Source: Octopus bimaculoides (Eukaryota). Taken from it: 64,000 bases of DNA. The translations under genes were made by a program, and so were the position numbers. Below, one piece after another: positions 49,986 to 61,725 of this stretch; position 1 is the stretch's first letter; the number at the start of each line of letters is the position of its first letter. The stretch is taken from contig NC_068984.1 of assembly GCF_001194135.2 (NCBI RefSeq), positions 65,562,411 to 65,626,410 of the forward strand, written 5' to 3'. A model generated the notes under the pieces. The model saw nothing but the letters and a program-made list of their open reading frames with translations, was not told where the DNA came from and did no database searches.

Positions 49986-52900
49986 TAATGCCATGTAAAT
50001 AGTGATATAATACAACGTTTGTTTTCATATTTTCTTTGTTTTTGTGTTTTAAGTAAAAACTATTTCAGTTTCCTTTGCCCTGGGATAGATACTATTCTGG
50101 GAATATTTGTAACAATTGTTTAGAGTTCCAGAGAGAAATTCATACGTTAATATTTTGAATACAACGAGTTTTCAGCAATTATGAGCTTTTCAGTTAACCT
50201 TCACAACATTCAATTTACTGTATGCTAAATGTAATATGAGACCTCAGCTAGTTATATTTCAATAGCTAAATCTAAGTAGATTAAACACAGTAGTTTAACC
50301 AGCTACTCAGATAAGCTCCACTCTAAACGTTTCAGTAAAATTAGTAAGTACTGGAATTAATACATTACCTTCACATCATTTCTATACACATGACTGCAGT
50401 TAAGTTTAAATTGATGACACTTTATCATTAATTCAAATAAAATTTCTGAATAAATGTCTATAACGTGAACTTCCTAGAGAGATTTGAACAATTAGTTCCA
50501 AAAATTCAATCCATGCAAGAACCATTCTCTTCTGCACTCAACACTCTCTACTTTGCAGAACAGAGTTTCTACTATCTCTTCATAGTTAGTGATTAGTATT
50601 ATGAAATGCATATGGATATAATTATAGGAATCCGTAAGAGAAATATTTATATATGATGAACCTATGCAACCATGTTTAAATTAAAATGCTCATAGAGCTA
50701 GCAGAGGAACAATAACAAATGAGAAAAAAAACTATATTTTGGATATATTTCCTCTACTCTTCCTACATGCTTACATAATCAGTGCTCATCTACATAAATC
50801 TTCTTCAATACAAGCATGACGCTTATCATAGTAACTGATAAAAATAGCTAACCAACAGTATTAAGTTAATTATTTTTCTATCCATATTCACATTGGAGAT
50901 TATGTATTTAGTTCATTATATTTATACATGTCATAGTTTACCCATCTTCAGAAAACTTCAGATGATTTGAAGCTGGACAAATACGTAATATTTCACATAT
51001 AATAATAGAAAAACAAAAAAGGACATTAAAAACATGCTCAAACACCAAAACAGGATAGACAGCAGAGTGCCAACAAAAGAAAAGAAATGAATACCGACAA
51101 ATGATTGTATGAACTAACACTCCCACTCTATCTCTAAGGATTACACATCAAATATTTGCAAAGTGATAAATTGATATAAAACTCCAGCTGCTTTTTTCTA
51201 CATAATTTTTTACACAAGCATGCACATATGTGCATACATATGCATACCCATTCAGTCGTTTACACTCATTCATGCACATTCACTTATTCATACTCTCATA
51301 CAAATTGTCCCACACACGCTTTCATATAAATATTACCAAACACAGACATATATGTACACATATTGATCAATTCATTTATGATTTAGAGTTATGTAAAACA
51401 AAATTAAATCTAAGTGGAGAGAAAGAAAATTAGATCTATGCTAAAAGCAACAAGCTGATGCTGTGCCATATACGAGGTCCCTGAATACTTCACGGCCTCC
51501 AGTGTGCTTAGAGAGGAATTTTGTATATTATAAATATCCTGCAATAAGGCTTCAGGCTTCACAAGATGTAGAGTAAAAAAGTGAACAGAAACTAAGTGCA
51601 AGATTTTGGGGAACAAAAAGGTACAGTATGATAAGATAAAAATCTTTAGGGCAGTACCAGATGAACAGTACAAAATAAAATGTATTGGCTAACTTAAATG
51701 GTGCAGACTTGACCATGTCTTTAAGAAGGCTCCATTGTATTCCCAAGGTTCTGAATTAGAATCTACAGCTTTGGTAAGTTTTCTACCATATATAGAATTG
51801 GATTGATCCAAGTGTGAGAAGAATAGGATAGTTGGAAACAATAGAAGCCTATCAGATAGGCTTCCATACCGATTCTTGAGTAGCTAACAAAACCCATCAC
51901 CCAGTTTAGCACCACCATCTGGCTCTTGAGAGCTTTTAGCAGAATTTATTCTCTTCCAAGCATTCTCTTACCAGATCTTTGGTCTGATAATAGATTACTC
52001 TATATTTTCATGAAGCAAAATCACGGTGCAAATACAGCCTGCCATTAATCTACAATACACCAAATAAATGAGATATAAATGTGATTCAAATTTTTGAATA
52101 ATTGGAATTATACCCATCTCACTCATTGTTAATACGCACTGATATCAATCCAAGACAGAATTCCAGTTTCAAGACCTTTTCATGACATGAAAATACATAA
52201 GCCCTCAAAAGTTCTAACCATTCCACAAAGCACAAACTGTCCCACTAATATATACTGTTATTCTTTTACAAATTCCAGTCAGTGGACTGTGGCCATGCTG
52301 AGAATCACTGTCTTTCTTCTTCCACTAACATTATTAAAATAACCTCTAAAATAAACCTACTTTCATTCCCATCCAGTCCTCTAAGCATCACTTGTTAGTC
52401 CTTAGTCCATAATAAATTTCTGTTACTAAGCAGAAGTCAACCCACTAATATGCATGCACACATGCGCGTGTATGTGTGTGTGTAATGAGTTGTTTTGAGT
52501 TTTTTTCTCCTACCATTATGGCTATGGCCTCTTCTCTATTACAACTGCAAATTTATTATTACATACAACTAGTATTACTCGAATTTCTAGCTAATACTGC
52601 ACATTTCATTTCTAATATGTCCCTCACTCTAGGCCACCTACAAAACATATTTCCAATTCTTTTTTTCTTTACAGCTTCTACTCTTTATCTCATTCACTTG
52701 ACCCTGGGGTATTTCTGTTTTCCCACTGCATCAAATGCAAAAGTTCGAGTTGAAGATTAACTACAATACTCAAACAGTCTGACAAGCTCAGCAAGAGCCA
52801 TATGTCTTACCCTCCCTTCAATAGATTAAATATTAATGATAAACACATATACACATGCACACACGTGTGTGCAAATATAAAATAATAGTAGAAATGTTTC

Positions 52901-53694
52901 ATGAAAATTAATACAAATTTTTATATATATGTGAGATTAAGAGGTTAGAAATGAATGAGAAAGAAAGAGACAATATATACACATAGTTCCTGAGTTATAA
53001 TTTTCTGAAATCATCTCAGATTACTTAAGATACTTCAGTGGCAAAATAATTCATGACTTAACAAGTATTACCAAAGGACAAAATATAGTGATGTTTATAT
53101 TCTCTAAGGTATATTTAAGACAGTTATTTTATTCATTACTCTTGGTTCACTTGTAAGTTTCCATAAAGAAATGTTATCAAAGAGTCTAGGATTTACATTA
53201 TGAAATAATGAACTATAATATTACTTGGCCCAAGTATTTTCTTAATACAAAGAAATCAAATAATTTTTATGACATTTTCTTGAAAAGGAAACTTCTAAAA
53301 TTTTTTCTACTCAAAATTCTGGGAAAAAAAGAAGAAAAAAACATTAAGCAGATTCAAAAGAAATATTTGATTTTAAAGAAAAAAAAAGTGAACATTACAT
53401 TGTTGTGAGTTTTGTAATTGCTGAAATTGGAATGTTAACACTCATATAAATTAATGAAATATTAAAGAGAATTTTTCATGTAAAAACTACATTTGTGATA
53501 TAAGTTCACCAGCTTTTTGAAAGTAGAGGTTGCATAAGTAGCTACTTCTCTACAACACACATATTCACATACTCATACATAAAGTAATGATGGTCTAAGT
53601 AATACAAAAGGAACTTCGAAGCAGAATATGTGAAACAGAAAATACAGTAATTTTTTAGAAGTAACATTTTAATTAAATATAGAATATATCTTAC

Positions 53695-53768
53695 CATCAG
53701 CAGAATCAACAGAATTTTAAAGTGTGGTACTTACCTGAAAAAGAAAGAGATAAAAGAAATATTAGTTA
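53695..53768 (-). other. Candidate recursive splice site (CAG|GTAAGT at 53735/53734) with a 40-nt RS-exon
   Basis: Minus strand: taACTAAt (branch A at -28), 22-nt pyrimidine tract, CAG|GTAAGT ACCACACTTTAAAATTCTGTTGATTCTGCTGATG|GTAAGA. Stops in all three frames. Confidence 0.5.
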
Positions 53769-53777
53769 TCTGTAAAC

Positions 53778-53780
<3 letters not shown>

Positions 53781-53817
<37 letters not shown>
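53781..53817. repeat. (CA)n, read as (UG)n on the minus-strand transcript
   Basis: Direct reading; lies just upstream of the branchpoint on the minus strand. Confidence 0.95.
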
Positions 53818-53827
<10 letters not shown>

Positions 53828-53839
53828 ATATTTGACTCT

Positions 53840-54200
53840 TCTATTTGTTTCAGTCATTTGACGGCGGCCATGCTGGAGCACCACCTTTCGTCAAGCAAAT
53901 CGACCCCAGTACTTATTCTTTGTAAGCCTAGTACTTATTCTATTGGTCTCTTTTGCCAAACCACTAAGTTACAGGGTTGTAAACACACCAGTATCAGTTG
54001 TCAAGCGATATTTGGTGAGGGGACAAACACAGGCACAAAAACATATATATATATACGACGGCTTCTTCCAGTTTCCATCTACCAAATCCACTCACAAGGC
54101 TTTAGTAGAAGACACTTGCCCAAGGTACCATGCAATGGGACTGAACCGAAAACCATGTGATTGGTAAGCAAGTTACTTACCACACAGCCATTCCTGTGCC
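53840..54200 (-). mobile_element. Composite tRNA-SINE family B (head, short TA spacer, tail)
   Basis: The head at 54045-54200 (ggctgtgtggtaagtaacttgcttaccaatcacatgg...ttcagtcccattgc...ttgggcaagtgtcttctac) is joined to the tail at 53845-54030 (...cttagtggtttggcaaaagagacc...gctccagcatggccgccgtcaaatgactgaaac). Confidence 0.88.
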
Positions 54201-57144
54201 CATGCATATATATTCCAAAAATATAACTGTCAAGCAACATTTCAAGGAACCAAATAGATGAAACACCTTTAATCTAATGTGCATATATGTATATGGTTAT
54301 GCATTTATGATGGTGCATGGGTTGATGAATCATGTTTATGGTGTTTAGGTATAGGCATAGGTTCTTTTATATGCAATGGAAAACACAAATATGCACATAC
54401 ATTTTCATATATACTTCTACAATATTGTGAATAAGTGCATCCCTCAAAGTTCAATACTCAATGTTTAAATGACTTTGTACATATTGCATAAATAGATCTG
54501 CATGTTTATTGAGTGAATAAGGCAAAAAAAAGAACGTGTTTTTGTGTGTGCATATGTATGAGAGAGAGAGAGTGTAATTTTATGCATGCCTAGTGAATAA
54601 ATATGTGCATACATGAAGGATGTATATACTATTGTAATATGTATGCAATCAAATGAACAGATACTTGCCCCATGTGAAATTTCAAGAACCTTATATTTAT
54701 TTCTTCCAATTTCTACTTTTCTCTCAATCAGTTCTCTCAAGTGAACCTAATTGTTTTCCTTCTCCCTAACTTTCCAAATTGTTTTCCATCTAAATTTGGT
54801 AAAACAACTGAGCTTAATATATTGTTCTAAAAAGTTTTATATGTTATGTGTATTTTATTGTAATGGCGCATTTACTCAAGTCCTTTTCTTAATATCTGTT
54901 CACATTTGACTTATATACAGTTAAAAGGAACAACATTCCATTCTACATCCATCACACTTTAAAACTATAGCAAAATTTTCATACTCAATGATTATTTCCT
55001 TCATTAAATGTAATTCAAATACCCTAAATGAGCATTATATTGATTCCAGAAAAATAGAGGGTGCTTACATGTTGGGTTTTATAAAGAGAATCAGAAGTAG
55101 CATGACTTGAATATTACCAAGAACACTTACCCACTTATCTAGACATGTTAAGCACTTTAAAAAGTCACATTCTGCTGATTGCTAAAGGTCTAATCCTATA
55201 AACTACATACAATTCATTTAGACCAAAATCTATTCTTTTCAACAAGTAAAAAATAAATAAAAGCTGCATGTATTTTCTATGATAGAACAGTATTAACACT
55301 TTTAATGTTACTCTTCATTTCTGTATATTTTCCCAGTTATATTGTTACCTTTGAAGTAAATATTTTCTCACCTCAGTAGGCCTATTTACAGATATCTCTT
55401 GGTATACGATTCATATAAATTCAAACTCACAATATAACTAAACATAATAGAAAAGCAAAACAGATCAATGTAAACAATTTGTGCACACCTCTTTCTGTTT
55501 ACTTTGTTCTTTCAAACTGATTTAAAAATTAAAAACAATAAGAAAAAAATAAGCAATATTATATTTTAAATATGTAAGACATATTCTGGTAACTAAGATA
55601 AACTATTGTTCTTGAATAATAATGTTATGTTAGAATGTGGAAATTTGCACAAAAATAAAAATTAAAATCAGCGAAAGTTCTTCTTTTTTGTTAATAGTGT
55701 TAAAGTAAATATGCTCATTTTACACAGACACACTCACACACACACACACGTATAATCACAAAGTACATCCAGAATAATATGTTTTTCCCCTAGAGAAGAT
55801 TTTTCCAAAATAACTATGTTTTAGTAAAGGTTTGAAAGTTAGCTCTGATGAAAGTAAACTTTAAAATGCACTTCTTTTTTTTATTATTTTATTTTCAATC
55901 AGTGAAGTTGTCTTATAATGGCCAAACATTGATTGATTTTGCATAAGCAACTCCATTTTTGTATCATGACATAATTTTTTTCTACTAACAAAATATACAA
56001 AATGCACCATTTTTTCTATTTTCTGCTTGAGTTTTTAATCCATTAGAGAGAGCAAGGAAGGAAAATACCACACACTAATAAATAAAAGAAGTAAAAGATG
56101 TCAAGAGACATTTACTGTATTGATGTCATAGTAACATTTTCCCTGAAATGAAATTCTTTGGCAAGATGAAAAACTATAATAGCAATTTATGTAACTCTGA
56201 AGTAAAATGTGAATTTTTTTTTATGTTTAATTTTCTCATGTTGACAAGAGTTGGGCAGATTTTGAAATTTGAATATTTTCTTCTTGCAAAAATATGCTTT
56301 ATGACCTTAATCGCTTCTATGCATTAACCCTTTTATTTTTTTACAAATTTCATGAGTCTGCCTCTAGTATTATGATACAAAACCTCTCGTTTTAAAGTAT
56401 ATATATTGATATTTAAATATTTCATTAAAATATTATTCATTATGCGGTGTCAAAATTTTCATTGTGCAAACTGTGACCTGGTCTCTGTAAAGGTTACACT
56501 GGATCTCAGTGTTTGTGCAACATGTATCCTCTACACAACAACAATTTTAGTTGCAACACATGGTCTTGGGTCAAATCACTTGCATGGCCAGTACACCTTT
56601 CATCAAAATATTTTCAAAGAACCTATCTAGTTAGGTAAGAATTTAAGTCCCAAACACCAAACTGATGATGCAAAAATTAGTTATCTTGATAAATCCCCAC
56701 AATGTTTGATAACTTTCACAATTAACTGAAACATATGGGCCTAAGGTTTCTCAGACATTTTATCACAAGAGAGTTAAGCAATCCATCATTACATGATGAA
56801 CTACATACTTTCTTCTGAAGAAATTTTATTTAATTGACTATTTTTTAGTGTATTTTGACTATTTTTTTAGTGTATATCTTTTAACATATCACCCATTAAT
56901 TTTTTAAATCAAATTTATATACCATTAGTCCATTTGAATTAATTCCCCAAACTCATACAATTTTGTTTTATATGTGCAAAATACTAGTAACAAAAGTCTC
57001 CATAACTCTTTTTTTTCTATACATAAATTTCTTCAAATGATAATGAAGTAATGAGAAGACTATGTAAATATTATAAATATAACAGTAAACAGTAAAGAAG
57101 TCCAGATTTGATGGGTTGTATAATAATAATAATAATAATAATGA

Positions 57145-57350
57145 TCCTTTCTACTATTGCCACAAAGCAGGAAATTTTGTGAGGAGGGGACTAGTTGATT
57201 ACATCAACCATAGTGTTTCACTGGTACTTAATTTATCGACTTTAAATGCATGAAAGGAAAGTCAACCTCTGCAGAATTTTAACTAAAGGCAGACAAAATG
57301 CAGTTAAGCATTTTGCCCAACATGCAAACGATTCAGCCAGCTCACCACCT
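57145..57350 (-). mobile_element. SINE family A between (AAT)n and (GAT)n runs; a further + strand fragment lies at 57462-57565
   Basis: actggtacttaatttatcgac...gaaaggaaagtcaacc...cgattcagccagctcaccacc. Confidence 0.8.
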
Positions 57351-57361
57351 AGATAATAATA

Positions 57362-57426
<65 letters not shown>

Positions 57427-57455
57427 AATAAGAAGAAGAAGAAAAAGAACAAGAA
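57362..57455. repeat. (GAT)n/(AAG)n compound microsatellite
   Basis: Direct reading. Confidence 0.95.
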
Positions 57456-57792
57456 TAATACCCTTTTGGGATTGATAAAGTACCTACCAGTCAATTTACT
57501 AGGGTCGATGTAATTGACTAGCCACCTCCCTCCAAATTTTAGATATTGTGCCGTCAGTAGAAAAGATTATTATTATTATTATCATTAACATCATTTATGG
57601 TTGCCCTTCAGTATAACTTTATTCCAGCTGCCTTAGTACTGGGCATCCTCTGGAGGCCAAAAGTAGCAAGGGCACTTTTGTTTTGCTATGCATGCTAAAA
57701 TTATCACTACATTTATTCCATTTTAGATTGATAGTGCTTTCCATAGTATATGGGCTGTACCCATCAAGGTTATCTTTTGTAGTTAATGGTGA

Positions 57793-58005
57793 TTGGAGTT
57801 ACCAGGGAGTTGCTTGATATACTTATCAGCTCCCTTCTTTATCATTTCCAATGCACCATTATTATTATTATTATTATTATTCAGTAGTTTTATTTTTATA
57901 ACGTGTTTTCACTTCACTACCGAGCGCAGCTCTGTGTGCCTTGGGTATGTACTGTGGTTTGCTGTGATGCTCTTATGGTTGTGTGTATTGAAAGTGTTTT
58001 GCGTA
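57793..58005 (-). mobile_element. Two R4/Dong-like REL-element 3' fragments separated by (TAA)n
   Basis: 57793-57857 reads GALEMIKKGADKYIKQLPGNS. 57882-58005 reads RKTLSI plus the same 3' UTR as 40.6 kb (gagctgcgctcggtagtg...actactgaataataa), with TAA repeats on both sides. Confidence 0.7.
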
Positions 58006-58016
58006 TTATTATTATT

Positions 58017-58078
<62 letters not shown>

Positions 58079-58440
58079 TATTGTTATTATACCATAGTGA
58101 ACAAACTCTATTTGGTTTGCACTGAATCTACAGCCCATTTAGTCAGAGATTATTCCAGATTCCATGGGGTTTGAACATCTAAGAGTACAAAATCTTTCCC
58201 TGAATGGAAGACCAGTCCACTGTAGGGTTAACCACTCTATCCCAGCTGTTACTAGTATACCAGTGAAATGAATTGTTTTGATTAATACTATCCAATCCCA
58301 AAATCACACACTAATATTTGGGTCCAACACCAAAACCCTTATATATGCCATGAGCTTTCACATACTATTCAGCCACATATTTTACACTTAATCTATCACT
58401 CCACCCCATCTCACTGTTTTAAATTTCTTTTTCTCCACCA

Positions 58441-58698
58441 GGTGCAGGCATGGCTGTGTGGTTAAGGAGCTCATTTTGCAACTATGTGGTTTTTGGTTCA
58501 GTCTCCCTATGTGGCACCCAGGTCAAGTATCTTTTACTATAGCCCCAGGACAAACAATAGCTTGTCAGTGGACTTGATAAACAGAAACTGTGTGGAAGCC
58601 TGTTGTGTGTGTGTATATATTAATTATAGCTTAATGTGTGCGCTTTGAAATGTTCCGAAAAAGTATTATTCCATATATCTGTGTGTGCATGTGTGCAT

Positions 58699-58735
<37 letters not shown>

Positions 58736-58915
58736 ATGTAGAGCTTTGTGTTTATTCTATTCTACTACTGTTTGTCTACATCCCCAAAACTTAGCAGTTC
58801 AGCAAAAGGGACTGATAGGATATAGAATATGTGGTAGTACTGGAGTCGATATATACAACTAGACGCTTCAAGGTGGTGCTCCAGTATGGCCAGAATCCTA
58901 TGACTGAAACAGTAA
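58441..58915 (+). mobile_element. Composite tRNA-SINE family B with an expanded internal (TG)n spacer
   Basis: Head ggtgcaggcatggctgtgtggttaag...ttggttcagtc...tactatagcccc; spacer 58605-58740; tail cttagcagttcagcaaaaggg...ggtggtgctccagtatggcc...tgactgaaac. Confidence 0.8.
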
Positions 58916-58939
58916 ACTACTTCCCTCCACCCTCTATTT

Positions 58940-59470
58940 TAACCTGTCTTACCATTCTACTTTTCCCCTCTCTTCACCAAGGTGATACAATATTTTGATA
59001 CAGTTAAATGCACTGCACTTAACATATTTCTTATTTTACATTTTCTCTTTCCTAATTCCTTGTTTCTCTCTTCCACTCCCACCACCACCACTACCACCAC
59101 CTCCAGTTTTAGTTTTGCTCCCCTCTCTTCTTCCTTCTTGCCTTTGTTCCTCACCTACATTCTCTTTATCTCTCTTCTTTTTTTCCTTATTTCCCTACCT
59201 TCTTTCTTTACATATTTCTTACTCCCTTTTTCCATACCTTATTTAATTTAGCATCCCTTCTTTCCATATCACATCCTCTTTCTGCTTACTTTTGTTTCCC
59301 CTATTTCTCCTAGTATGTTTCTTCTCTCTACTTCCTACATTTACTTTTATTTCCTTTCTCTATTTTCTTCTCTCTTTTCACCTCACCCACTTTCAATACA
59401 TATTTTTCTATCCTTTTCTTACAACCCTCTGGCTACATATACACCTCTGCTTCTCTATTTCATTTCTTCT
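58940..59470 (+). repeat. Pyrimidine-rich (CT) low-complexity tract
   Basis: About 530 bp dominated by C and T. Confidence 0.8.
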
Positions 59471-59786
59471 TTAATGCAGCCAATCTAACCACACCACTAT
59501 TTTTGCCTAAATCACTTGCCGCATGCATTTCTTTATTCATCTATTTATCTATTTTGATGTCAAAGTTTTTATTAGCCTTGCTTTCATTCAATGTTTAATG
59601 ATATTGGCAGTTAAATGTGAAATGTTGTTTTTAAAACTGGCAACATGAAACACCAAAAACAAAAAACAAAATACAGTAAACACAATTCTACTACTATTGC
59701 TATATGCATGTTATATACATATATGCACACATGCATATATACTCACAAATATATACACATATATGAATATATATCTATATAAACAC

Positions 59787-59818
<32 letters not shown>

Positions 59819-60603
59819 TTCTAAAATTTATTTTGCTGCTCTATGATTAATAATGGTATATATATATATATATATATATNNNNNNNNNNNNNNNNNNNNN
59901 NNNNNNNNNNNNNNNNNNNNNNNNNNNNNNNNNNNNNNNNNNNNNNNNNNNNNNNNNNNNNNNNNNNNNNNNNNNNNNNNNNNNNNNNNNNNNNNNNNNN
60001 NNNNNNNNNNNNNNNNNNNNNNNNNNNNNNNNNNNNNNNNNNNNNNNNNNNNNNNNNNNNNNNNNNNNNNNNNNNNNNNNNNNNNNNNNNNNNNNNNNNN
60101 NNNNNNNNNNNNNNNNNNNNNNNNNNNNNNNNNNNNNNNNNNNNNNNNNNNNNNNNNNNNNNNNNNNNNNNNNNNNNNNNNNNNNNNNNNNNNNNNNNNN
60201 NNNNNNNNNNNNNNNNNNNNNNNNNNNNNNNNNNNNNNNNNNNNNNNNNNNNNNNNNNNNNNNNNNNNNNNNNNNNNNNNNNNNNNNNNNNNNNNNNNNN
60301 NNNNNNNNNNNNNNNNNNNNNNNNNNNNNNNNNNNNNNNNNNNNNNNNNNNNNNNNNNNNNNNNNNNNNNNNNNNNNNNNNNNNNNNNNNNNNNNNNNNN
60401 NNNNNNNNNNNNNNNNNNNNNNNNNNNNNNNNNNNNNNNNNNNNNNNNNNNNNNNNNNNNNNNNNNNNNNNNNNNNNNNNNNNNNNNNNNNNNNNNNNNN
60501 NNNNNNNNNNNNNNNNNNNNNNNNNNNNNNNNNNNNNNNNNNNNNNNNNNNNNNNNNNNNNNNNNNNNNNNNNNNNNNNNNNNNNNNNNNNNNNNNNNNN
60601 NNN

Positions 60604-60639
<36 letters not shown>

Positions 60640-60645
<6 letters not shown>

Positions 60646-60815
60646 TTCAATGGCTGCAGACACTGGAGTCTGATGAGACGCCTATAAGGCTAAGAACTTT
60701 ATGAATGTAAAACCATCAGTTACTCTATGACTAGACATATAATTAACCTCCTGTAAATACACTACTCCTCTAACTTTTAAGAGTGTGCTTCTTTTTGGGA
60801 TATATAATCCCCTGA
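60640..60815 (+). repeat. Dispersed repeat, possibly a Penelope-like terminus; a second, inverted copy lies at about 35553-35660
   Basis: Both copies share CTGATG(A/G)-hairpin-GCTAAGAACTTTAT...ACTCTATGAC, and both border (TA)n. Confidence 0.45.
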
Positions 60816-60847
60816 CAATATGAGTATATGCATATATATATATATAT

Positions 60848-61413
60848 AAACAATATATGAGTATATGCATATATATGAACATGTATGTACATACCGTCAT
60901 CTACATGTACATATAGATACATATCTGGGTGCATGACGTTGCAAACAAACATGGACAAAATGGTAAACAAGTTACAAAAAACAAGCAGGCCACATAGAGA
61001 ACATATCCTTCATCAGCTGCCACCATTAAAACACTGGAGTTTCGAAGAGTTGGGGCAGGACGCATCGTTAAAATGGCTCTTCCCACGAACACAAATTAAA
61101 TTTTTTTTCTTGGAGGATAGTGGAGGACGGAAAACAAGACAGGAAAACGAAACGGTGATCCTCTATGATTTAATTTGTGTTCGTGGGAAGAGCCATTTTA
61201 ACGATGCATTCTGCCCTAACTCTTCGAAACGCCAGTGTTTTAATGGTGGCAGCTGATGAAGGATATGTTCTCTATGTGGCCTGCTTGTTTTTTGTAACTT
61301 GTTTACCATTTTGTCCATGATTTTGCAACGTCATGTACCCAGATATGGATCTATATGTACATGAAGGTATGTACATACATGTACATATATATGCATATAC
61401 ACATATATTGTTT
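60848..61413. repeat. Foldback element with about 250-bp arms (60848-61101 and 61168-61413) and a 66-bp spacer
   Basis: The arms are reverse complements with only about a dozen scattered mismatches or short indels, for example catggacaaaatggtaaacaagttacaaaaaacaagcaggccacatagagaacatatccttcatcagctgccaccattaaaacactgg. Confidence 0.95.
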
Positions 61414-61458
61414 GTATCACACGATCGAATGCACGTGTTACCTTTACAAGTAAGTTTG

Positions 61459-61491
<33 letters not shown>

Positions 61492-61509
61492 AGAATATAT
61501 ACGTACATA

Positions 61510-61725
61510 TCTTTTGCATTACTTTCAGACATTAAATTGCAGCTATGATGGGGCACTGCCTTGATGAATTATAGAATTTTAGTTAAATGAATTGATCCCA
61601 GTCCTTTTGTTTTTTCAAAAAAAAAAAAAACCCTGGTACTTCTTCTATTACTTTGCTGAACCACTAGGTTATGGAGCTGTATCACACCAACACCAGATGT
61701 CAAGCAGTGGGAGACAAACACATAC
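61510..61725 (-). mobile_element. SINE family B tail (degenerate)
   Basis: ctttgctgaaccactaggttatgg...caccagatgtcaagcagtgggagacaaacac. Confidence 0.65.

Noticed and set aside
61222-61265. ttcGAAAC...CTGATGA in the large foldback arm as a permuted hammerhead
   Set aside because: No valid stem III, NUH triplet or stem I could be folded.
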